DNA of 64,000 nucleotides from Mobula hypostoma (taxonomy: Eukaryota): the NCBI RefSeq assembly GCF_963921235.1, contig NC_086097.1:253458001-253522000 (forward strand), written 5' to 3'. Each line of letters starts with the position of its first letter. Positions within the stretch are counted from its first letter, which is position 1. The notes under the pieces were generated by a model. It ran no database searches and was not told the origin of the DNA. It was given only the letters and a program-made list of their open reading frames with translations. Made by a program: the position numbers and the translations under genes. Shown here in pieces: positions 25,522 through 38,127 of this stretch.

Positions 25522-27497
25522 GAGTGCCTATAAAAAGTATTCACCCCCCCCCGGAAGTTTTCATGTTTTACTGTTTTACAACATTGAATTACAGTGGATT
25601 TAATTTGGCTTTTTTGACACTGATCAACAGAAAAGTGGAAACAGATCTCAACAAAGTGATCTAAATTAATTTCGAATATGAAACACAAAATAATTGATTG
25701 CATAAGTATTCACCCCTTCAAGTCGGTGTTTAGTAGATGCACCATTCGCAGCCATTACATCTTGAGTCTGTGTGGATAGGTCTCCATCAGCTTTGCATAT
25801 CTGGATACAATTTTTCCCCATTCTTCTTTACAAAACTGCTCAAGCTCTGTCAGTTTGCATGGGGAATCATGAGTGAACAGCCCTTTCCAAGATCAGCCAC
25901 AAACTCTCTATTGGATTGAGGTCTGGACTCTGACTTGGCCACTCCAGGACATAAACTTTGTTGTTTTTAAGCCATTCCTGTGCAACTTTGGCTTTATGCT
26001 TTGGTCATTGTCTTGCTCCCAAGTTGTCAAGGTCTTTTGGTGGCCTCCCTCACTAATCCCCTTCTTGCACGATCTCTCAGTTTTTAAGAACAGCCTGTAC
26101 TAGGCAGATTTACAGCTGTGCAATATTCTTTCCATTTCTTGATGATTGACTTAACTGTACTCCAAGAGATATTCAGTGACTTGGGAATCTTTTGTATCCA
26201 TCTCTTGACTTGTGCTTTTCAATAACCTCTGTGTGGAGATGCTTGGCATGTTCTTTTGTCTCCAGGGTGTGGTTTTGCCAGGATACTGACTCAACAGCAG
26301 TTGGACCTTCCAGATGCAATCAATTGAAACACTTGACCGCACACAGGTCTCCAAAAACAGATCTCCATTTAACTAATAACGTGACTTCTAAAACTAATTG
26401 GCTGCAATAGTGATGATTTGGTGTGTCATGTTAAAGACAGATCAATGCCCCATCATCATCTTATACACCTCTATCAGGTCAACTCTCATCCTCTGTTGCT
26501 CCAAGGAGAAAAGCCAAGTTCACTCAACCTATTCTCATAAGGCATGCTCCCCAATCCAGGCAACATCCTTGTAAATCTCCTCTGCACTCTTTCTATGGTT
26601 TCCACATCCTTCCTGTAGTGAGGTGACCAGAACTGAACACAGTACTCCAAATGGGGTCTGACCAAGGTCTTATATAGCTGTAGCATTACGTCAAGGTTCT
26701 TGAACTCAATCCCATGGTTGATGAATGCCAACACACCATATGTCTTCTTAACAACACTGTCAGCCAGTGCAGCAGTTTTGAGTGTCCTACTGACATGGAC
26801 CTCAAGATATCTCAGATCCCCCACACTGGCAAGAGGCTTTCCGTTTATATTATATTCTGTCTTCAAATTTGACCTACCAAAATGAACCACTTCACACTTA
26901 TCTGGGTTGAACTCTATCTGCCACTTCTCAGCCCAGTTTTGCATCCCATCGATGTCCCACTGTAACCTCTGGCAGCCCTCCAGACTATCCACAACACTCC
27001 CGACCTTTGTGTCATCAGCAAACTTATTAACCCACCCTTATACTTCTTCATCCAGGTCATTTAAAAAAATCACAAAGAGGAGAGGTCCCAGAGCTGATCC
27101 CTGTGGAACACCATTGATCACCAACCTCCATGTAGAATATGAACCATATATAACCACCCTTTGCCCTCTGTGGGCAAGCCAGTTCTGGATCTACAAAGCA
27201 ATGTCCCCTTGGATCCCATGCCCCCTTACTTTCTCAATAAGCCTTGCATGGGGTACCTTATCAAATGTCTTGCTGAAATCCATATACACTACATCTACTG
27301 ATCTACAATGTGTTTTGTTACATCCTCAAAGAATTCAATCAGGCTCATAAGGCACGACCTGCCCTTGACAAAGCCATGTTGACTATCCCTAATCAGATTA
27401 TGAAAGCCAAATTAAATTCACTGTGATTCAATGTTGTAAAAGAATAAAACATGAAACACCCAAGGGTGGGGGCGGGGGATACTTTTATAGGCACTAT
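25522..27497 (-). mobile_element. Tc1-like transposon, internally deleted and interrupted by a CR1
   Basis: TIR (g)agtgcctataaaaagtat ... atacttttataggcact; degenerate transposase N-terminal remnant near 26150-26270. Confidence 0.75.
26438..27402 (-). mobile_element. CR1 RT fragment inside the Tc1
   Basis: ORF 26486-26992 encodes the CR1 RT C-terminus. Confidence 0.9.
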
Positions 27498-29369
27498 TGA
27501 TTTTATAAACATATATATAAAGTACAATAGGGACAGGTTGCACTTGAATCTGAGGGGGACCAATATTCTTGTGGGCAGATTTACTAGAGCTGTTGGGAAT
27601 GGTTTAAACTAATATGGCAGGGGATGGGAACCAGTGTGACAGAGCTGAGGATGAACCAGCAGGTTTACAAGTAGATGATGGGTATAACATGAATATGAGG
27701 AAGGACAAGCCAATGACTGGGTACGAATGCAGACAGAGCAAAGAGTTAAATTGTACCACAGAGACAAAATTGAAAAGGACGAAGAATGCAGGACTGAAGG
27801 TATCAGGTCCTTGAAAGTGAAGAGATTCTGCAGATGCTGGAAATCCAGAGCAAGACACACACAAAAGGTGCTGGAGGAACTCAGCAGGTCAGGCAGCATG
27901 TATGGAGAGGAATGAACAGCTGGTATCTCAGGCTGAGACCCTTCATTCGGACTGAAAAGGGAGGGGAAAGGTTTGAAAATAAGAAGGTAGGAGTGGGGGA
28001 GGGAAAAGGACAAGCTAGAAGGTGGTAGACTCGGAATGTCGAGTAATTCTTTGACAAACTTCTATAGCTGTGTAGTGGAGAGTATATTAAATGGTTGTAT
28101 CACGGCCTGGAATGGACCTACATCAGGCCATTAAATGGACAATCCTACAAAAGGTCCATCACAGGTAAAGCCCTCCCAACCATTGAGCACAGCTACACAG
28201 AGCATTGTTTCAGGAAACAGCATCCATCATCAGGGACCCCCACCACCCAGATCATGCTCTCTTCTCACTGCTGCCATCGGGAAGGAGATACAGGAGCCTC
28301 GGAACTCGCACCAACAGGATCAGGAACAGTTATTACCCCTCAACCATCAGGCTCTTGAACCAGAGGGGATAACTTCACTTACCCCATCATTGAAATGTCC
28401 TCACAACCTGTGGATTTACTTTCAAAGACCCTACATTTCATGTTCTCAATATTTATTGCTTGCTTGCTTGCTTGTTTGTTTATTTATTTATAATTTCTTT
28501 TTCTTTCTTTCGTTTGTATTTGCACAGTCTGTTGTCCTTTGACCTTGGTTGTTTGTCCGTCCTGTTGGTTACAGTCTCACTGATTCTCTTGTGTTTCTTG
28601 GATTTACTGTGAATGCCTGCACGAAAACAAATCTCAGGGTTGTATATGGTGATGTCTATGCACTTTGAACTGTGAAGCCGGGTGGGTGGGGAAAGTAAGA
28701 AGCTGGGAGGTGACAGATGGAATGGTGTCAGTCCCAGCCTTTGCACCGCTGAGGCCCGATGTACTGGAAACATTTGGTAAAGATTGAATTGACTTGTCCG
28801 GTGAACATTGATACTTTGAAATAATTAGTGAACTGCGTCGTTTGCGTCAATGTCTGAAGACGTGCAGGAGGCAGCCGGCAGGTGTGACTACTCTCTGGCT
28901 CCAGCATAGTCTGTCCACAGCTTACTGACCCTGAGCGGTCCATCTCTGGACCGTCACAGGAATCCCACGTGGTCACTGGGAGAACGTACGAACTCCTCAC
29001 AGGCAGTGACAGGAACTGAACTGCCGAACTCTGATTGCTGGTGCGGTAAAGTGCTATACTAACCACTACACTGCCATCACACCCCTGTATATGTGTAATT
29101 AACATTTCATTGGTATCCCAGGATTTTGTTGTATCTCTACTGAACACAAGATAAGGAATTTCAGGGAAATATACCGAGCTATATATCACAGAGTCAGTTC
29201 GTTTGGGATGAAGATGCCCACTGTTTTTTCATCCTCCATGTAACGATGAACTGACTCAGACTTCCTCTTGCCAAATCTTAGAACAAAAACTGAAGGTGAT
29301 CATTGATAAAAATTAATTAGTGAGATACAGAAAATTTCAAATTAATTCATGTTTCTCATTTGCAAATAT

Positions 29370-31410
29370 TGATTAGAAATCCAAGAAATATTCTGCTGCC
29401 CCTAATCTGGAGCTTTATAAAAAGAGAGTTGAACTTCAGATGCAACACAGTTTGTTATTAACATCCCCGATTGAAAATCAATTACTTAAAGCTAAGAGTT
29501 AATTTTATATACATGGTGATAAATCGGGTAAATTACTGGCCAACCAATTGAAAGCTGCTTTGGCGAAACGTCAGATTATTAAAGTTCATAAACAGGATGG
29601 TATTTTGACAGTTGACTATGACAAAATTAATAAATCTTTTCAAGAATTCTATACCTCTTTATACCAATCAGAATTTCCTGACGATTCTACCATAATGCAT
29701 GAATTTTTAAGAAAATTGAATATTCTGAAATTACCACTTAATGAATGTTTAGCAATAGATGCACCCATTACGGAAGAAGAAATAAAGAAAGCAATTTCTT
29801 TGATGAATTCTGGTAAAGCACCCGGCCTAGATGAGTATACAGTAGAATTTTTAAAATCTTTTTCAAATCTACTTTCTCCTTGGCTATGTAGAATCTTTAA
29901 GGATGCCGTATTTGTAGGTAAATTACCACAATTCTTTTATGAAGCATCTATTTCTTTAATTCCTAAAAGATAAAGACCCCACTGAATGTGCACCGTATAG
30001 ACCTATATCCTTGTTGAATGTGAACTCCAAAATCTTTTCCAAAATATTAGCAATTAGATTGGAAAATGTATTGCCACAGATTGTTTCTGATGACCAGACA
30101 GGATTTGTTAATAATCATTATCCGTATTTTAATGTTAGGAGGTTGATGAACATTGTATATACTTCTTCATCTAAAACTCCAGAATGTGTTATTTCACTTG
30201 CCGCCGAGAAGGCGTTTGATAGAGTTGAATGGGAATATTTATTTAACATCCTTGAGAAATTCAATTTTAGCCCAAAATTCATATCTTGGATTAAATTGAT
30301 ATATCATACACCTTTGACTTCTGGACTTACTAATAATCAGAGATCCCTTTTTTTTTAGGCTTTTTCGAGGTACTAGACAGGGCTGTCCTTCCCAGCCCTT
30401 TACAATTTGATATTGCCTTGGAGCCCTTGGCAATCGCTCTTCATGATTCACCCAATATATTTGGCATTATTCGTGGGAATGAGACGCGTAAGGTATCATC
30501 ATATGCAGATGACCTGTTACTATACATCTCTAATCCAGAGAAATCTATTTCTGCAGTAATATTATTACTTGCTCAGTTTAGTAGTTTTTCTGGTTATAAA
30601 TTGAATCTTAATAAGAGTGAGCTTTTCCCATTAAATATGCAAGTTCCAATTTATAGACAATCACCATTTAGACTGGTTACTGATTATTTTACTTATTTGG
30701 GTGTTAAAATTACTAAGAAGCATAAGGACCTATTTAAAGTTAACTTTTTACCCTTAATTGATCATGTTAAACAACTGCTTACTAAATAGTCCCCATTGTC
30801 CCTATCATTGATTGGTCGAATCAATGCTATTAAGATGATTATTTTACCTAGATTTCTGTATCTATTTTAGGCGGTACCAATCTTTATCTCTAAATCCTCT
30901 TTTGATATTATTGATTCCAAAATTTCTTCATATATATGGCAGAATAAAAATCCTAGGTTAAGTAAGAAATATTTATAGAAATAAAAAAAATGACAGTTTG
31001 GCATTGCTGAATTTTAGATTCTATTGTTAGGCAATTAGTATTCGATACCTAACGTTCTGGACACAAGATTTGGATGAAATTCAGTGTCCACGATGGGTTA
31101 ACCTCAAGTGTGAGTCTGTACAGGGGTTCTCATTGGCTTCTATTTTAGGGGCTCCGCTTCCCTTTGCACTTACTAAACTGAATAAACAAACGATTAATCC
31201 AATAACTAAACATAGAATACGAGTATGGTTTTAATTTTGTAATTTTTTTGGATTGAATAAATTTATTCTATCATGTCCTATTATATCCAATTTTTTCTTC
31301 CAACCATCTGGAACTGATCAAGCTTTTCTTTTATGGAAGACAAAGGGAATAACATGTTTTTGTGATTTATTCATGGATAATTGTCTCATGTCCTTTGAAC
31401 AGTTGTCTAA
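29370..31410 (+). mobile_element. L1-clade LINE ORF2 fragment, degenerate
   Basis: GDKSGKLLANQLK, GKAPGLD, YRPISLLN, AEKAFDRVEW, GTRQGCP and YADDLLL with stops and frameshifts; AT-rich. Confidence 0.9.
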
Positions 31411-32459
31411 TGCTGGAAATCCAGAGCAACGTACACTCACACTCAGTGCTGGAGGAACTCAGCAGGTCAGGTAGCATCTATGGAGGGGATTAAACAGTTG
31501 ACGTTACCAGCCTATACCCTTCTTCAGTACTGGAAAGGAAGGGGGCAGAAGCCAGAACAAGAGGGTGAGGAGTGGGGAAGGAGAATGAGTGAGTTTTTAA
31601 ACAATTCCACTGAAATATCCCTTGCCCTGTCTTTAGGGGGCAGTGTAGTCTTTACAATGACGTTCCCACAGCTCCAGGAAGTCATTGTGAGAAGGAGGGG
31701 AGACCAATGCCTGGGTTCCCTATTTGTGTGCACCAGCACTGGGAAACACACACTTCCAGAACATGGAACGTCAAAGATAGAGCAAAGGGAGCCGATCCTT
31801 CAGCCCACAATGTTGTGCCACACAGTGCATCACAGGTCAAACCCTCCCCACCACTGAGCACGTCTACATGGAGTGCTGACGCAGGGAAGCAGCGTCCAAC
31901 ACCTAGGTCAGGCCCTCTTCTTGCTGCTGCCGTCGGGAGCCTCAGGACCCACACCAACACGTTCAAAGTGTCAATGTTCAAAGCTTATTTTATTATCAGA
32001 GTATGAATGCAGTACACAACCCTGAGAGGTGTGTCCCCACGGGCAGCCACCCGTGCAGAGAAAAGCACCAAACACCTCCCCGCCACATGCAACAGGAAAC
32101 AAAAAAAAAGCGAAAAACACAGAACATAAAACACAAAAATCAAAGAGGGTCCAGGCAGATTAAGTCCATCTCAGGGTTCATTATCTGCAGGCCGCCCCGA
32201 TTCAAAACTCCACACAAAACAGCGACAAAAACGGAGTGACTGGAAACCAGAAACACATTATAATGAGAAGTACGGAATCCAATCCACAAATCATAGACCC
32301 ATTACACCGGCACCATCCTCCGACAGCATCAAGGGAGAGAGAGATCATTCAAACACAGAGGTCTTCACCTCGGGAGCAGTGAACAAGAGGGAAAGAGAGA
32401 CTGTCACATACAGACACTTACACTTTCCTGCAGCAGCGGTGAGCGAGAGGCCGTTAGGT

Positions 32460-32820
32460 GACACATAGGAACATAAGAAATAGGAGCAGGAGTCGGCCAT
32501 TCGGCCCATCGAGCCTGCCCCGCCATTTAATAAGGTCATGGCTGATCTGTCCGTAAACTCAGCTCCATCTACCTGCCTTTTCCACATAATCACTAATTCC
32601 CCTACTATGTAAAAATCTATCTAACTGTATCTTAAGTGTATTTAGTGAAGAAGCCTCAACTGCTTCCCTGGGCAGAGAATTCCACAGATTCACCACTCTC
32701 TGGGAAAAGCAGTTTCTCCTCATCTCTGTCCTAAATCTTCTGCCCTGAATCTTAAGGCAATGTCCCCTAGTTCCAGTCTCACCCACCAATGGAAACAACT
32801 TTCCTACTATCTTATCTATC
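32460..32820 (-). mobile_element. CR1 3' fragment inserted in a Rex1-tailed non-autonomous element (about 31960-33150)
   Basis: RNCFSQRVVNLWNSLP. Confidence 0.8.
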
Positions 32821-33884
32821 ACTGATCACCCCCTCTCCTTCTGTAGCTGCCTCGATGAATTCAATCTTTAATCAGTAGAAATGGAGTCGATCATGGGCTT
32901 GCGCCCTGTCTCCAAGCTTCTTGGCTTTCAGGCCACACCCTTCGTTCAAAGCCTCCCAGAATAACCTCGGAATCAGCAAAATGCCAGAACGCTCAATCAG
33001 CCCGATAAGACACCCTCAAACAGTAGATCACAGGCTCCAATTGCAGCAGAGCGACATTTGAGAGGAAAGGAAGATCTAAAAGAAGGGAAAGAAATAGTTT
33101 TGTGAACCGTCTGATGGATGTTGTCCTTGGTTGTGTTGTTCCTTCTTCCAGGTCCGGAATAGTTATCACTCCTCAGCCATCAGGCTCCTAAACCAGTGTG
33201 GATAACTTCACACACCTCAGCACTGAACTGACTCCACAACCTACAGGCTCACGTTCTCAATATTATTTATTGATTGATTTATTATTATTATTTGTATTTG
33301 CACAGTTTGTCTTTTGCATACTGTACTGGTTGTTTGTAGTCTTTCACTGATTCTTTATTCTACTGTGAATGTCTGCAAAAAGATGGATCTCAGGAGAATA
33401 TATGGTGACATATATGTACTGTACTTGATAATAAATTTACTTTGAACTGTGAAGTGGAAATATCTGAGTTCATCTTTCCACGCCTGTGACAGTCACTGGA
33501 CTAAAGAGCAGCTCGTTGGTGGTGGAATCAGAAATTATTCACCAACCGTACACTTAACTCATCGCATAGACAAGCTAAAAACTGTGACCTTTCTTTAAAG
33601 CCGTCTATTCAGCTAGAAAAATAGATTTATGATAGGAATGTGCAGTTATCACACGTTCCGAGTAAACATAGGAAAAAATCAGAAGAGAGCGGTGTAGATG
33701 TTGCCCTAGTGGAACAGTCTGATAGTGGTCATAGGGTGGGGGGGTAGTGTCAGAGCGTAAAACATTACAGCACAGTACAGGCCCTTCAGCCCATAATGTT
33801 GTGCCGACCTGTTAACCTGCTCTAAGATCAATCTAACCCTTCCGTCCCACAGAGCTCTCCTTTTTTCTGTCATCCATGTACCTC

Positions 33885-34750
33885 AATGTCAGTAAGATGA
33901 AAGATCTGATTGTGGACTTCAGGAAGGGCAAAATGAGAGAATATGAACCAATCCTCATAAAGGGATCAGAAGTGGAGAGAGCAATTTCAAATTCCTGGGT
34001 GTCAAGATCTCTGAGGACCTAACCTGGTCCCAACATGTTGATGCAGTTATAAAGAAGGCAAGACTATACTTTATTAGGAGTTTGAAGAGATTTGGCATGT
34101 CAACAAATACATTCAAAAACTGCAATAGATGTACCATGGGGAGCATTCTGACAGGCTGCATCACTGTCTGGTATGGAGGGGCTACTGCACAGGACCGAGA
34201 GAAGCTGCAGAAAATTGTAAAGTTGATCAGCTTCATCTTGGGTAGTACCTAGGACACCTTTAGGGAGCGGTGTCTCAGAAAGGCAGCGTCCATTATTAAG
34301 GACCTCCAGCACCCAGGGCATGTCCTTTTCTCACTGTTACCATCAGGCTGGAGATACAGAAGCCTGAAGGCACACACTCAGTGATTCAGGAACAGCTTCT
34401 TCCCCTCTGCCATCCGATTCCAAATGGACATTGAACCCATGAACACTACTTCCACTTTTTTTTAAAATGTATATTATTTCTGTTCTTGCACTATTTTTAA
34501 TCTATTCAATATACACATATAAGACATAAGACCATAAGACAAAGGAGCAGAAGTCGGCCATTCGGCCCATCGAGTCTGCTCTGCCATTTTATCATGAGCT
34601 GATCCATATATATATACTTTAATCTATTTATTTATTCATTTGTTTTTTAAATTTTTCTTCTTTCTATATTATCATATATTGCATTGTAACTGCTGCTGCC
34701 AAGTTAAATTTCACGACACATGCCGGTGATAATAAAACTGATTCTGATTC
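33885..34750 (+). mobile_element. Rex1/Babar 3' fragment
   Basis: LNVSK...IVDFRK, FKFLGV..SEDLTWS, RFRNSFFP-like motifs; (attctg) tail. Confidence 0.8.
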
Positions 34751-35097
34751 CAATTCAGTCGGAGACGTAATGTAAACTTTTTTCCCCTTGTGTATGCAAA
34801 TGATGAAAGAAATAAATTCAATTTAATTCAATGATTCGAGGATTTTCCTAGTGGTCCCTAACGTATTTGCCTCTACCACCACCGTGACAGCATGTTCCAT
34901 GCACCCACCACTCTCTGTGTAAAAACTTAACTCTGACATTCCCCCTATACTTTCCTCCAATCATTTTAAAGTGATGCCCCTCAAATTAGCTATTTCCACC
35001 CTGGGAAAAAGTCTCTGCCGATCCACTGGATCCATGCCTCTTATCATCTTGTTCATCTCCATCTTGTACAACCCTCCACCATCAAAGTTCTGAAAGG

Positions 35098-35742
35098 ACA
35101 GAGAAAGCAGGATCTCCCAGTGGCCACACATTTTAATTCCACGTCCCATTCCCATTCTGATATGTCTATCCACGGCCTCCTCTACTGTAAAGATGAAGCC
35201 ACACTCAGGTTGGAGGAACAACACCTTATATTTCGTCTGGGCAGCCTCCAACCTGATGGCATGAACATTGACTTCTCAAACTTCCGCTAATGCCCCACCT
35301 CCCCCTCGTACCCCATCCGTTATTTATTTATATACACACATTCTTTTTCTCTCTCTCCTTTTTCTCCCTCTGTCCCTCTCACTATACCCCTTGCCCATCC
35401 TCTGGGTTTTCTCCCCCCTCCTACTTTTCCTTCTCCCTGGGTCTCCTGTCCCATGATCCTCTCATATCCCCTTTGCCAATCACCTGTCCAGCTCTTGGCT
35501 CCATCCCTCCCCCTCCTGTCTTCTCCTATCATTTTGGATCTCCCCCTCCCCCTCCCCCTCCCCCTCCCACTTTCAAATCTCTTACTAACTCTTCCTTCAG
35601 TTAGTCCTGACGAAGGGTCTCGGCCTGAAACGTCGACTGCACCTCTTCCTAGAGATGCTGCCTGGCCTGTTGCGTTCACCAGCAACTTTGATGTGTGTTG
35701 CTTGAATTCCCAGCATCTGCAGATTTCCTCATGTTTGCGTTT
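35098..35742 (+). mobile_element. Penelope-like element 3' portion, young and near-identical to the 14-kb copy
   Basis: QDLPVATHFN...LQPDGMNID followed by the pLTR. Confidence 0.9.
35603..35638 (+). ncRNA. Minimal type I hammerhead ribozyme motif, intact core
   Basis: agtc CTGACGA agg gtctcgg cct GAAA cg TC gact; predicted cleavage after C35634. Confidence 0.8.
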
Positions 35743-35804
35743 TCAAATGGTAGAGCACTGGCTTAGCATGCGAGAGGTAGCGAGATCGTTATCTGCATTC
35801 TCCA
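35743..35804 (+). pseudogene. tRNA-Ala(AGC) pseudogene lacking about 11 nt at the 5' end
   Basis: tcaaatggtagagcactggcttAGCatgcgagaggtagcgagatcgttatctgcattctcca aligns with recalled vertebrate tRNA-Ala-AGC. Confidence 0.8.
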
Positions 35805-36339
35805 TTGTTCTTGGCTGATCAACACTTCCACCACCTGTACTTTATCATTTCCTGTCAGTCATCCTATGCACAGACACTCCTGTGCCTAGCGTCACTTTAT
35901 GGACATAAGCTATTTTATGTATTTATACTTAATGGTTTTTATTATTAGTGTGTTTTTCTTGTGCTGCATCTGACCCGGAGTAACAATTATTTTGTTCTCC
36001 TTTACACTTTTCGTTCTGCTTCAAATATACCCAATGACTTGGCTACCACAGCTGCCTGTGGCAATGAATTCCACAGATTCACCACACTCATCTCCATTCC
36101 AAATGGACGTCCCTCTATTCTGAGGCTGTGTCCTCTGGTCTCTGGTCCTAGACTCCCCCCATCTACACGAAATATCCTCTTTACATCCACCCTTCAATGT
36201 TCAACAGGTTTCAATGAAATCCACCCTCTTTCTTCTAAATTCCAGTGATTACAGACCCAGACCCTCATGTGTTAACCCTTTCATTCCTGTAATCATTCTC
36301 ATGAACCTTCACTGGACCCTCTCCAATGCCAGCACATCC

Positions 36340-37038
36340 CGGGGGGGCGGGGGGGGGAGAAGATGGCGGCGCGACGCAGCGCGTGCGGCCACTTTGGTGA
36401 TGATATCTGTTATCCGTCAAGTAGGGGACCGTGCACAATTCTGATTTGATGGAGACAGACGTGAGAGTACGGAGGAACATCTGGAAAACTTCTGAAATGC
36501 CCGCTTTGCTGCCGCTGCTACTGTGTGGTAACCGGAATCTACGGAGCTGAAGGCCCCGAAATCCTCGGCTTTGCGTGTTTCAGCGGCCGGGGAGAGGTCG
36601 AAGGTGCTCGGCAGAGGATGGCACTCGGGAGGCTGTATCATAGAGGCTGGTTGGAAGCTCGAAGTTTTCGGATGGACGGACTCAGTGTTGGCTGTGGTCG
36701 GCTGCTTCCAAGGCATCGGCAAGTTGACGGTGCCTGGAGGTTTATGGCAGGGAGTTTCTCCCTTTTGCCGCCTGCTATCAGGGACTCAGGAGTCGATCGA
36801 CTTGGGAACTTTTGAGATTTTTTTTACTGTGCCCATGGTCTGTTCTTTATCAAATTGTGGTATTGCTTCGCACTGCTGTAACTATATGTTATAATTATGT
36901 GGTTCTGTCAGTGTTAGTCTTTGGTCTGTCCTGTTTTCTGTGATATCACTCCGGAGAAACATTGTATCATTTCTTAATGCATGTATGCATTTCTAAATGA
37001 CAATAAAAGAGGACTGAATGTTCTCATAATCTAATTCT
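36340..37038 (+). mobile_element. About 700-bp non-autonomous retroelement (poly-G/AAGATGGCG head; AATAAA and atctaa tail) inserted in a CR1
   Basis: Interrupts CR1 at cacatcc|tttctc; second, 5'-truncated copy at about 61845-62365. Confidence 0.7.
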
Positions 37039-37247
37039 AATCCTTTCTCAGTTAAGGGACCCAGAACTGCTCACAATACTCCAAATGTGGTTTGGTCAAT
37101 GCCTCAGCAAGGGAACTCTGTTCTAGAATACATTCCAGAGGCCAATCTTTCACTGTGTAAGATCTTCGCTGGTTTTTATCACAAAACTACACACCTCGTA
37201 CTTGTCCAAGTTAAATAGTAATTTCCATTCTCTGGTCCGCTTTCGGA

Positions 37248-37810
37248 ATCAGAATCAGGTGTATTATCACTGGCATGTGTCATGAAATGTGTTGTACTGT
37301 GGCAGCAGTACAGTGTAATACATAATAAAAACTGTATATTACAGTAAGAAGTATATCTATATATATATAATATACAGTATATATTAAAAAAGTTAAATTA
37401 AAAGAATAGTGAGATCATGTATGCAATGTCCATTCAGAAATCAGATGGCAGAGGGGAAGAAGCTGTTCTTGAATCGCTGAGTGTGTGTCTTCAGACGCCT
37501 GTATCTCCTTCCTGATGGTGGCAGTGAGAACAGGGCACGTCCTGGGTGCTGGGGGTCCTTATTGATGGATGCTGCCTTTCTGAGGCATCGCTACTTGAAG
37601 ATGTTCTGGATGCTGGGGAGTCTGGTGCCCATGATGGAGCTGACTGAGTTTACAACTTTCTGCAGCTTTCTCCGATCCTGTGCAGTGGCCCCTCCAAGTG
37701 CCCCCCCCCCACACCAGACGATGATGCAGCCAGTTAGAATGCTCTCCTCGGTACACCTGTAAACATTTGCAAGTGATTTTGGTGACATACTAACTCTCGT
37801 CAAACTCCTG
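37248..37810 (-). mobile_element. Rex1/Babar 3' fragment
   Basis: YRCTEESILTGCIIVW...RKLQKVV; (gattct) tail. Confidence 0.8.
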
Positions 37811-38127
37811 TCGGGCCCAGGATTGGATCACTTTCCTGGTTAGATCCACTTTGAACTTAGAAAACCTTCCTGACTGTCCACTACACCACCGATTTTAGTG
37901 TCACTCACAACCTACTGACCATTTTAACAACACTGCTGTCTAAGACAATGATATAGATGACAAAAAAAGCACCAATCACTGTATCACACCACTTGTCACA
38001 GACTTTCAGTCTGAAAAACAAGATAGGTGGAGCAAGCTAGGGCTTTTGTCTCTGCAGCAAAGGCAGATGAGAGGTAACTTGATCAGAGTGTGGTTTAATG
38101 CACCGGTATATGTTGTGAAATCTGTTA

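Noticed and set aside
35743..35804. Functional tRNA-Ala gene
   Set aside because: The 5' acceptor strand and part of the A box are missing, and the T arm is mutated.
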